DNA of 51,901 nucleotides from a bacterium. Lineage in GTDB: Bacteria > Patescibacteriota > Minisyncoccia > Phycocordibacterales > UBA2100. The translations under genes were made by a program, and so were the position numbers. A model generated the notes under the pieces. It made no database searches, was not told where the DNA came from, and was given only the letters and a program-made list of their open reading frames with translations. Below are positions 37,338 to 47,432 of this stretch, piece after piece; position 1 is the first letter of the stretch, and each line of letters starts with the position of its first letter. The DNA lies in assembly GCA_030647655.1 (NCBI GenBank), contig JAUSJH010000021.1, positions 1 through 51,901 of the forward strand, written 5' to 3'.

Positions 37338-38276
37338 ATGTCCCACATACTCGTTTCCGGCTCTATTGCATATGACAGAATCATGGATTTCCCCGGGCTG
37401 TTCAAAGAGCACTTTGTTGCAGACATGCTGCACAGCATCAATGTCAGTTTCGCCGTGCAGGGATTCACTGAGAACTTCGGCGGGACGGCGGGGAACATTG
37501 CCTACAATCTCGCCGTTTTGGGGCAAACACCGCGCATCATCGCGACAGCCGGCTCGGATTTCGAGCGCTACGCAGGCCACCTACGCTCGGTCAAAGTTGA
37601 TCCGACGTCGGTGAAGATTGATACTCAGGGCTCCACTTCGTCCGCGTTCATCATTACCGACAGAGCGAACAACCAGATAGCCGCGTTCTCTATGGCGGCT
37701 GGTGGCACGGAATATCTTCCACTTCCCGATACCGATGGTGTGCGCACTGCTATCGTCGGCGCGGGTTGTGTGCAAGATATGGAAAACTTGCCTGCATACT
37801 ACCGCGCGCAGGGCATAGAATACTTTTACGATCCCGGCCAGCAGATACCCGCGCTATCGAGAGAACAGCTTCGCGATGGCATCACGGGTGCTAGAGGATT
37901 ATTTGCAAATGACTATGAGTTGAGCCTCATAACGAAAAAAACAGGATTGGACGAGGCCGGATTACTCCAAAAGGTGCCGGCGCTCATTGTGACGTTGGGA
38001 GAGAAGGGCTCACGCGTCGTCACAAAGGAAGGTGAGGCGAGCATAAAAGCAGTTCCTGTAACTAAGGTGGTGGATCCTACGGGCGCAGGAGATGCATATC
38101 GCGCCGGATTCATTGCAGGATTTCTCAGCCAACAGCCTCTCGAGAGGGCTGCCAAAATCGGAAGTGCGGCCGCTGCGTATGCTGTCGAGAAATATGGGAC
38201 GCAAAGCCACCGATTCACAATTGCAGAATTGGGGGAGCGTTACAAAGCCGCATACGGCGAGACACTTTCGCTCTAG
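37338..38276 (+). CDS. PfkB-family kinase (adenosine/nucleoside kinase-like)
   Basis: SGSIAYD, GGTAGNIAY, DPGQQ and DPTGAGDAYRAG motifs; adjacent to ahcY. Confidence 0.88.
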   Translation: MSHILVSGSIAYDRIMDFPGLFKEHFVADMLHSINVSFAVQGFTENFGGTAGNIAYNLAVLGQTPRIIATAGSDFERYAGHLRSVKVDPTSVKIDTQGSTSSAFIITDRANNQIAAFSMAAGGTEYLPLPDTDGVRTAIVGAGCVQDMENLPAYYRAQGIEYFYDPGQQIPALSREQLRDGITGARGLFANDYELSLITKKTGLDEAGLLQKVPALIVTLGEKGSRVVTKEGEASIKAVPVTKVVDPTGAGDAYRAGFIAGFLSQQPLERAAKIGSAAAAYAVEKYGTQSHRFTIAELGERYKAAYGETLSL

Positions 38277-38280
38277 CGCT

Positions 38281-38350
38281 GTATACCCCGTGAGATAAAA
38301 TATTTTAAAATCGTGTAGCGGGTAGTATTTGGTTATCTCACGGGGTATAC
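38281..38350. repeat. MITE-like inverted-repeat element, copy 4
   Basis: GTATACCCCGTGAGATAA, 34-bp spacer, TTATCTCACGGGGTATAC (perfect 18-bp inverted repeat). Confidence 0.82.
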
Positions 38351-38360
38351 TGGTGGCCAA

Positions 38361-39614
38361 ATGGAATACGATATTAAAGATAAAGCGTTGGGGAAGGAGG
38401 GGGCGAAGCTTATAGAATGGGCGGCGCGGGACATGCCCGTCCTGCTTACTATTCGGGAGCGCTTCAAAAAGGAGCAACCATTCAAAGGTAAAAAAATCGG
38501 GGCATGCCTGCATGTGACCGTTGAGACGGCCAACCTTATGATAACGCTCAAGGATGGGGGCGCAGATGTCGCACTTGCAGCATCGAATCCGCTTTCCTCG
38601 CAAGACGAGGCGGCGGCGGGGCTTGTCGAGGCGCATGGGATTCCTGTGTATGCCATCGCGGGCGAGGACCGCGATACATTTTTCAAGCACATCAAAGCGG
38701 TCATCGCGACGAAGCCCGATATCACGATGGATGATGGCGCAGACCTCGTTACGACGATACACAAAGATAATCCCGAACTTCTGAAGACACTCACCGGAGG
38801 CACGGAAGAGACGACAACCGGCGTCATCCGATTGCGCGCGATGCATCGCGATGGAGCGCTGAAGATGCCGCTTGTCGCAGTGAACGACGCGAAAACGAAA
38901 AATCTTTTCGATAATCGCTACGGCACAGGACAGTCGACACTCGAGGCCATCATTCGGGCGACCGACATGCTTGTCGCGGGCCGCACGTTCGTTATTGCCG
39001 GATATGGCTGGTGCGGCAAAGGGCTTGCAATGCGTGCGCGCGGCATGGGAGCCAACATCATTGTGACAGAAGTAGATGCTGTGAAAGCACTTGAAGCGGC
39101 GATGGATGGCTTCCGCGTACTCCCGATGGGCGAAGCGGCCTCCGAGGGAGATCTATTTTGCACCGTGACGGGAGATGTCAACGTCGTACGGAGCGAGCAC
39201 TTTAAGCGCATGAAAGACGGCGCATTCGTGTGCAACGCAGGGCATTTCGATGTGGAAATAAATGTAAAAGAATTGGAAAAGCTTGGGGGCAAGCCAGTGC
39301 GTGTACGTGAACATGTCGACGAGTACACTGTTGGAGGTAAAAAAATATATCTTCTCGCCGAAGGGCGACTCGTGAATCTCGCGGCGGCCGAGGGACATCC
39401 CGCGTCCGTCATGGATATGAGTTTTTCCACGCAAGCACTTGCATGTGAGTGGCTCGTCAAACAGAAGGAGCGCCTTGCTCCGGCAGTCTACGATGTGCCG
39501 GAAGAAATCGAGAATATCGTCGCGAAGTTGAAACTTGCTTCAATGGGCATTTCGATAGACGAGCTTACTCCCGAGCAGAAAAAATATCTGACCAGTTGGC
39601 AAGAGGGGACGTGA
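38361..39614 (+). CDS. ahcY: Adenosylhomocysteinase
   Basis: CLHVTVET, EETTTG, FDNRYGTGQS, GYGWCGKG and GHPASVMDMSF motifs. Confidence 0.96.
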   Translation: MEYDIKDKALGKEGAKLIEWAARDMPVLLTIRERFKKEQPFKGKKIGACLHVTVETANLMITLKDGGADVALAASNPLSSQDEAAAGLVEAHGIPVYAIAGEDRDTFFKHIKAVIATKPDITMDDGADLVTTIHKDNPELLKTLTGGTEETTTGVIRLRAMHRDGALKMPLVAVNDAKTKNLFDNRYGTGQSTLEAIIRATDMLVAGRTFVIAGYGWCGKGLAMRARGMGANIIVTEVDAVKALEAAMDGFRVLPMGEAASEGDLFCTVTGDVNVVRSEHFKRMKDGAFVCNAGHFDVEINVKELEKLGGKPVRVREHVDEYTVGGKKIYLLAEGRLVNLAAAEGHPASVMDMSFSTQALACEWLVKQKERLAPAVYDVPEEIENIVAKLKLASMGISIDELTPEQKKYLTSWQEGT

Positions 39615-39616
39615 GT

Positions 39617-40492
39617 ATGCGACCGTGCCACGTCGTTGAAATAATCACTCCGAAGAAATATGTACTGAACGGTCTGTGGTTCGGGCCCCAAAAGCCGAAG
39701 CAAGTTATCATTTTCATACATGGGCTCACCGGCTCGGCGTTCAGCGCGCGCAATATCACTGACGCCTTACGTGATTCGCAAACTGCCGTTATCACGTTTA
39801 ACAATCGTGGATCCGAGCACATAAGCGAATTCAAACAAAAACGCGGGAAAAAATCGGTATGGAAACGAGGAGGGGGGGGACATGAGATATTCACGGAGTG
39901 CGACGATGATATTCAGGGAGCTGTTAGCTTTGCACGTAGAGCTGGGGTGAAAAACATCTATCTCGCGGGGCACTCCACCGGCTGCCAAAAAGCTGTGTAC
40001 TGGGCAAGCAAGAACAACGGCGGGCGTGGGGTAAAAGGACTTATCCTTTTCGGACCCTTGAGCGATTACGCGATTGCGCTCGAGCAAGACCGCAACGGCA
40101 AACTTGCAAAATCGGTCGCATACGCGCGAAAATTGGTTCGTGCAGGCAAGCGGCACAAATTGATGCCAAGGAACCTCGAACCGTGGTTCGTATGCGACGC
40201 GCAAAGATTCTTGAGTTTATATACGCCGGACAGCGCGGAGGAAATCTTCACCTACGCACAACCGAAGAAAAATCCGCGCGCACTGCACTTTGTCCGTACC
40301 CCGACACTGGTTGTTCTTGCGGGTAATGAGGAACACACGAAGCGACCGGCAAAAGAAATCGCTGCATGGTTCGAGAAGCACACACGAAGCAGAAGGTTCA
40401 AGTCGGTCATTGTTCCGAGAGTTGGGCATGGCTTCAAGGGGGGAGAGAAAATTGTTGCGAAATCCATTCGGGCCTTTATCAAAGGGATATAA
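39617..40492 (+). CDS. Alpha/beta hydrolase (DUF1749-like)
   Basis: FIHGL, GHSTGCQ nucleophile elbow, C-terminal GH. Confidence 0.85.
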   Translation: MRPCHVVEIITPKKYVLNGLWFGPQKPKQVIIFIHGLTGSAFSARNITDALRDSQTAVITFNNRGSEHISEFKQKRGKKSVWKRGGGGHEIFTECDDDIQGAVSFARRAGVKNIYLAGHSTGCQKAVYWASKNNGGRGVKGLILFGPLSDYAIALEQDRNGKLAKSVAYARKLVRAGKRHKLMPRNLEPWFVCDAQRFLSLYTPDSAEEIFTYAQPKKNPRALHFVRTPTLVVLAGNEEHTKRPAKEIAAWFEKHTRSRRFKSVIVPRVGHGFKGGEKIVAKSIRAFIKGI

Positions 40493-40520
40493 GCCTCGCG
40501 ATATGCTAAAATCCTAATTC

Positions 40521-41264
40521 ATGGAGAAAGGAATTCACGTGGTGCTCGCGCCAGAGGTTCTCGGCACGCTATGGGGCATTCCTATCACGAATACACTCAT
40601 CACGAGCTGGATAGTCATTGCGCTCCTTGTGGCTCTCGCGTTTGCTATCGGCTCACGACTCAAGATGACTCCCAGCCGCTTCCAGACACTCTTCGAGTGG
40701 CTCGTCGCCTTCATCTACGACTACGTGGCGGAGGTTCTTGAGAGCAGGGAGCTTGCGCGCCGGTTCTTCCCGCTTCTTGTGACGCTGTTTCTCTTTATAT
40801 TTACCGCGAACCTCATCGAATTCACTCCAGGCATCGGGAGTGTGGGATTTTTCAGATCGTGGGGCGGAGAATTTGTTCCCTTATTCCGGAGTGTCAACAC
40901 GGACCTCAATGTTACGCTCGCGCTTGCCGTCATCGCGTTTGTAGTGATTGAGATTACCGGTATCGCGGTATTGGGAGCCCTGAAATATGGTTCCAAGTTC
41001 ATCAATTTGCACTCTCCCATCGGCTTCATCGTTGGCATCATTGAGTTCTTCTCGGAGATCGCGCGCCTCATCTCATTTTCCTTCCGTCTTTTCGGCAACA
41101 TCCTTGCCGGCGAGGTGTTGATACTCGTTGCGACCTTCTTCATTCCGTACGCGGGGCCGGTGCCCCTCATGATGTTCGAGGTCTTCGTCGGCTTCATCCA
41201 AGCAGCCATCTTTGCACTCCTGACCCTCTTTTTCATCAAAATCGCTATCACCCCGGCGCATTGA
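40521..41264 (+). CDS. atpB: ATP synthase Fo subunit a
   Basis: SFSFRLFGNILAGE and FIQAAIF motifs. Confidence 0.95.
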   Translation: MEKGIHVVLAPEVLGTLWGIPITNTLITSWIVIALLVALAFAIGSRLKMTPSRFQTLFEWLVAFIYDYVAEVLESRELARRFFPLLVTLFLFIFTANLIEFTPGIGSVGFFRSWGGEFVPLFRSVNTDLNVTLALAVIAFVVIEITGIAVLGALKYGSKFINLHSPIGFIVGIIEFFSEIARLISFSFRLFGNILAGEVLILVATFFIPYAGPVPLMMFEVFVGFIQAAIFALLTLFFIKIAITPAH

Positions 41265-41334
41265 AACACCGAACATGCATGATAGTATGGGGTGGTCGAA
41301 ATCGAATTTACTAGACATTATTAGTTAAAATTAG

Positions 41335-41571
<237 letters not shown>

Positions 41572-41589
41572 CGCGAAGCGTGTTCTCGT

Positions 41590-42039
41590 ATGGGTGAACT
41601 TTTTGCGACTTTCGGCGTTGATTGGAAACTGCTTGTCATACAGGCGGTCAATTTCGGTCTGCTTCTTTCGGTCCTGACGTATTTTCTCTACAAACCTATT
41701 TTGAAGATCATCGACGAACGTCGCGAGAAAATAGCCGAAGGTGTGCGTACTGCCGAAGCGGCATCGAGGCGGCTCGCAGAGGCCAAGGAAGAGGGAGAAG
41801 GCATTGTGGGGACTGCGGCGCGCGAAGCAGAGGGCCTCGTCGCTTCCGCGCGAAGCCGCGCCGACGAAAAAGGTAGTGAGATAATGAAAGTTGCTGAAGC
41901 GCGTGCGGCGGCCACTATCAAGGAAGCGGCAGAGCGTGCGGAAGAAGCGAAGCGACAGGCACTGAAAGAAAGCGAACACGAGATCGCACGCGCCGCCATG
42001 CTTGTAGCGGAGAAGATTCTCCGTGAGAAATCCGCTTAG
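41590..42039 (+). CDS. atpF: ATP synthase Fo subunit b
   Basis: QAVNF...LYKPILKIIDERREKI followed by coiled coil. Confidence 0.94.
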   Translation: MGELFATFGVDWKLLVIQAVNFGLLLSVLTYFLYKPILKIIDERREKIAEGVRTAEAASRRLAEAKEEGEGIVGTAAREAEGLVASARSRADEKGSEIMKVAEARAAATIKEAAERAEEAKRQALKESEHEIARAAMLVAEKILREKSA

Positions 42040-42091
42040 TTCGACTACGCTCCTTCGATAAACTCAGGATAAATCACTATAAATAATTATT

Positions 42092-42478
42092 ATGGAAACA
42101 GCATACGCGATGGCATTGTGGAAGATGGTGGCAGAAGGAATGGATGCCAAAAAGGCCGTCCACGCGCTTATCGATGTGCTCGCGAAAAATGGCCGTAGCT
42201 CGCTTACGCCGCGTATTGCTCGCGCATTTTTACGTATCGCCCAAAGACAGCTGCGAAAAGACGCCGCGACACTTACGGTCGCTCGCGACAAGGACGAGCG
42301 GTACGCAAAGGCCGCCGTGAAGGATGTATTGGAAGAACTCGGAATTGTCAGCAAAGACCTCAAGACGCAAGTCGACGATACGCTCATCGGCGGTTGGCGG
42401 CTGGAGGCCAAGGGGACACTCGTTGACGCGAGCTATAAGAAACAGCTTATAGAGTTGTATAATCGCTCTACCGCATAG
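42092..42478 (+). CDS. atpH: ATP synthase F1 delta subunit (short)
   Basis: VDDTLIGG...LVDAS; operon position. Confidence 0.85.
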   Translation: METAYAMALWKMVAEGMDAKKAVHALIDVLAKNGRSSLTPRIARAFLRIAQRQLRKDAATLTVARDKDERYAKAAVKDVLEELGIVSKDLKTQVDDTLIGGWRLEAKGTLVDASYKKQLIELYNRSTA

Positions 42479-42480
42479 AT

Positions 42481-44052
42481 ATGAACACTTCAACCGTAGA
42501 AAAGATAATCAAAGAAATACAACAGCTCACACCCAAGAGCGAGAGGCATAGCGTGGGCTCCGTAACAGCGGTGGGTGACGGTGTTGTCGCTATCGATGGG
42601 CTTTCGAATGCGGTGATGAGCGAGATTATTTTGTTTGAAGAAACCAAAGGGAAAAAACTTGCCGACGCGCTCGAAACGCAAGGCGAGCTATACGGACTCG
42701 TATTGAATCTCGAAGAAGATGGGGTACGTGCCACCATACTCGGTGATACCGCGCGCGTGAAAGAGGGAATGACGGTAAAATCTACCGGACAAATTCTTTC
42801 TGTTCCATCAGGCGAGGAACTCTTGGGTCGTGTGGTAAATGCGCTTGGTGAGCCTGTTGACGGCAAGGGTCCGTTCAAAAATACGACCATGATGCCGGTG
42901 GAGCGGCAGGCGTCGGGCGTCATTGACCGCAAATCTGTATCGGTCCCGCTCCAGACCGGCATCAAGGCGATAGACGCAATGATTCCCATCGGCCGCGGCC
43001 AGCGCGAGCTCATCATCGGCGACCGCGGCACCGGCAAGACTACGGTGGCGATAGACACCATCATCAACCAGCGCAACGAGCCCAAAGGCAAGCGGCCCAT
43101 TTGTATTTACGTCGCTATCGGCCAGAAGGAGTCGAAAACGGCGCGAATCGTTGAGCAATTGCGTCAAGAGAACGCTCTCGAATACACAATCATTGTCGAT
43201 GCTCCCGCATCTGCTCCGGCAGCTCTGCAGTTTCTCGCGCCGTTTTCCGGCGTCGCTATCGGAGAATATTTCATGGACAGCGGGCGCGATGTACTCATTG
43301 TGTACGACGACCTCTCCAAACAGGCTGTTGCGTATCGCCAGCTCTCGCTTCTTCTCCGCCGTCCGCCCGGTCGCGAAGCCTATCCCGGAGACATTTTCTA
43401 TTTGCATTCACGTCTTCTCGAGCGCTCTGCATGTTTGAGCGAGGAAAAAGGCGGCGGCTCCATCACGGCGCTTCCCATCATCGAGACGCAGGAAGGCGAC
43501 GTTTCAGGCTACATTCCGACCAACGTCATCTCGATTACCGACGGCCAGATATTTCTTATGGCGGAACTCTTCAACAAAGGTGTGAGACCAGCTATTGATG
43601 TGGGCATCTCGGTTTCGCGTGTAGGCTCCAGTGCGCAGACGAAGTCCATGAAATCCGTTGCCGGAGGCCTTAAGCTCGAGCTTGCGCAATTCCGCGAACT
43701 TGAGGCGTTTATGCAATTTGCCGCAGATCTTGACAAAGTGACCGCCGATCGAATCGAATCGGGGCGACGCATGGTGGAGGTCTTGAAGCAAAAAAACGGC
43801 GCGCCCATCCCTGTCGAAAAACAGGTCGCTATTCTGTATGCGGCTGGTGGCAAATTTTTCACCGATGTGCCGGTCGGGAAAGTAACCGCGGTAGAAGCAC
43901 AGCTCGCCAACTACTTGGACGGTCAGCACGCAAAGACGCTCGCCTCTATAAAAAAGACAGGCGCCCTCTCCGACGATCTCAAAAAAGAATTGAATAAGGC
44001 ATTTGAACAATTCCGCCTCGCGCATCCGGAGTCGTTCGCGGCGGCAAAATAA
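42481..44052 (+). CDS. atpA: ATP synthase F1 alpha subunit
   Basis: [20 protein letters not shown] and SVSRVG-like ISVSRVG motifs. Confidence 0.97.
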   Translation: MNTSTVEKIIKEIQQLTPKSERHSVGSVTAVGDGVVAIDGLSNAVMSEIILFEETKGKKLADALETQGELYGLVLNLEEDGVRATILGDTARVKEGMTVKSTGQILSVPSGEELLGRVVNALGEPVDGKGPFKNTTMMPVERQASGVIDRKSVSVPLQTGIKAIDAMIPIGRGQRELIIGDRGTGKTTVAIDTIINQRNEPKGKRPICIYVAIGQKESKTARIVEQLRQENALEYTIIVDAPASAPAALQFLAPFSGVAIGEYFMDSGRDVLIVYDDLSKQAVAYRQLSLLLRRPPGREAYPGDIFYLHSRLLERSACLSEEKGGGSITALPIIETQEGDVSGYIPTNVISITDGQIFLMAELFNKGVRPAIDVGISVSRVGSSAQTKSMKSVAGGLKLELAQFRELEAFMQFAADLDKVTADRIESGRRMVEVLKQKNGAPIPVEKQVAILYAAGGKFFTDVPVGKVTAVEAQLANYLDGQHAKTLASIKKTGALSDDLKKELNKAFEQFRLAHPESFAAAK

Positions 44053-44120
44053 TCGCTCCCTCGCTACGCTCGGGATGAAGAACTTCTAATTCGTAAAAAC
44101 TCATAAGAATCTCTAATCAC

Positions 44121-45038
44121 ATGGCTTCGCTCAAAAACATCAAGCTAAAAATCCTCTCGTATAAAAAGACGGGGACGGTAACCCACGCGATGGAAGCCGT
44201 CTCGGCGGTGAAAATGCGCAAGGGGCAGGAGCGCGCGCTTTCGGCCCGCGCATACGCGGCCTCGGCGCTTTCCATGCTAGAGAGGCTCGCGGGCACTGCC
44301 GATATCGGCCGTCATCCACTAATGCGTGAGCGGAAGGGAAAAACCTGTTTCATTGTTGTCACAAGCGATAAAGGGCTCGCGGGCGCCTTGAATAGTGGCG
44401 TTATCCGTCGAGTGGAGAAAGAAATAGCAGAACACGGACTCTCAAAAGACGAAATTATCATCGTTGCGATTGGTAGGCGAGGCGGCGATTATTTTGCAAA
44501 CCGAGGCTTCGATGTACATGAGAAGCACGAGAACGTGGCTGACGGTGTGTCTGAAGACGAGATACGAATGGTAACCGACAAACTCATCACATTACACACG
44601 GGCGAGGTGGGAACATGCGTCATCGCGTATCAAAATTTTATTTCTACCTTCGAACAGCAACCGACGGTACGGCAGATTGTTCCCATTACTACGAGCGGCA
44701 TGCAGGAAATCGTCCGCGGCATCCGCCCTGCGCGTGGAAAGTATGCCCCCCAACACGATGAAACGTCGCCTCATCGTATCCCAGCGTACACGATAGAGCC
44801 GGACAGCAACGAGGTATTGATGGTTCTCCTCCCAAAACTCCTCAATATTGCCATATTCCATGCGCTTCTTGAGAGCAAAGCATCGGAACATTCAGCGCGC
44901 ATGGTCGCGATGAAGAGCGCTACCGACAAGGCCAAAGAAATGGCGGGCGACCTCACGCGCACGTTCAACAAAGTCCGCCAAGCCGCCATCACGCGCGAAG
45001 TCTCCGAAATCACTTCGGGCATTGAAGCGATGAAATAG
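44121..45038 (+). CDS. atpG: ATP synthase F1 gamma subunit
   Basis: SDKGLAG, SEHSARMVAM and RQAAITREVSEI motifs. Confidence 0.96.
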   Translation: MASLKNIKLKILSYKKTGTVTHAMEAVSAVKMRKGQERALSARAYAASALSMLERLAGTADIGRHPLMRERKGKTCFIVVTSDKGLAGALNSGVIRRVEKEIAEHGLSKDEIIIVAIGRRGGDYFANRGFDVHEKHENVADGVSEDEIRMVTDKLITLHTGEVGTCVIAYQNFISTFEQQPTVRQIVPITTSGMQEIVRGIRPARGKYAPQHDETSPHRIPAYTIEPDSNEVLMVLLPKLLNIAIFHALLESKASEHSARMVAMKSATDKAKEMAGDLTRTFNKVRQAAITREVSEITSGIEAMK

Positions 45039-45042
45039 TCCT

Positions 45043-45660
45043 ATGCGCTTCGATCACTTCTCCAAAAAAGAGTTACCGTCAGAACAAATCCCTAAGGACA
45101 TTGATTCATTGATTGAGCCGGAGCGCGTTGCTCGCTTTTCACATCAGCTTGGGGTTATGTATGACCGCATTATGATTACGGGTGATTGGGAAGGGGAACA
45201 TTTAGAGCGCAGAGATACCGGAAACATTTTTGACGATATTCACTATGTTTCCAACACAACTCAGCTCGCTGACGGTATCGATTCATTTCTCGCTAAGTCA
45301 AAGATGGAGATACCAGTGGCTATAAATCCCGAAGACCTATCCGAACCAAACGAGCGAAGAGATTTTAATAGACGTTTGTTCGTCGAGGTCCTTAAATATA
45401 CAAAGGATATTCTTCGCGGCGGCAATAAAGAACAGATTTTGGAGCTTGAGAAAACTATCGATGAAAACATGACATACTTTCGGGACCTTCCGTTCCCGCT
45501 TCCTGGAGGTCACGGGAAGTTCGACACGCGAAAATTGAAAAAGGCCGATACTAACGATGACGATTGGAAAGCGATGGAAGGGCTCAAACGCATTACTGAT
45601 AGGATAGTCGCGAGCATTGCTATTGCCCAGCTAGACGAGCCACCGCGTAAAACCTTGTAG
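45043..45660 (+). CDS. Hypothetical protein inside the atp operon
   Basis: 205-aa acidic soluble ORF between atpG and atpD; more A/T-rich than neighbours. Confidence 0.7.
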   Translation: MRFDHFSKKELPSEQIPKDIDSLIEPERVARFSHQLGVMYDRIMITGDWEGEHLERRDTGNIFDDIHYVSNTTQLADGIDSFLAKSKMEIPVAINPEDLSEPNERRDFNRRLFVEVLKYTKDILRGGNKEQILELEKTIDENMTYFRDLPFPLPGGHGKFDTRKLKKADTNDDDWKAMEGLKRITDRIVASIAIAQLDEPPRKTL

Positions 45661-45700
45661 CATGTATGAGTTTTAGCAATTTCTTAGAAAGCAGTTATAA

Positions 45701-47086
<1,386 letters not shown>

Positions 47087-47092
47087 CGTTCT

Positions 47093-47389
47093 ATGGCCGA
47101 ACATCCGAACACATTCCATATGGTAATCGCAAGTGTCGGCGAGACACGATTTGACGGGCCGGCGGTTTCGGCGACATTTCCCGGAGAGGCGGGCGAATTC
47201 ACCGTTCTACCGCATCACGAGCCGTTTGTTACCACACTCAAAAAAGGCACGATAACCGTGCGCCTGCCTGCGCAGGCAGGCGAGCACGTTGCGTCCTCCG
47301 AAGGGGGAGCCGCCTCCGGCGGAAAGAAATTTTCCGTCGACTCCGGTGTTGTAGAGATATCGGGCAACCGCGCCATCGTACTTTTATAG
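47093..47389 (+). CDS. atpC: ATP synthase epsilon subunit, N-terminal domain only, with palindrome-derived inserts
   Basis: PGEAGEFTVLPHHEP...SGVVEI; no C-terminal helices. Confidence 0.85.
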   Translation: MAEHPNTFHMVIASVGETRFDGPAVSATFPGEAGEFTVLPHHEPFVTTLKKGTITVRLPAQAGEHVASSEGGAASGGKKFSVDSGVVEISGNRAIVLL

Positions 47390-47432
47390 TTTTCAACACA
47401 CTGACTCCCTACAGTCCTCTCAAAAGGATACA

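Noticed and set aside
5921-38350. CCCCGTGAGATA repeats with 34-bp spacers as a CRISPR array
   Set aside because: Repeats are inverted pairs scattered over 32 kb, not tandem direct repeats, and there are no cas genes
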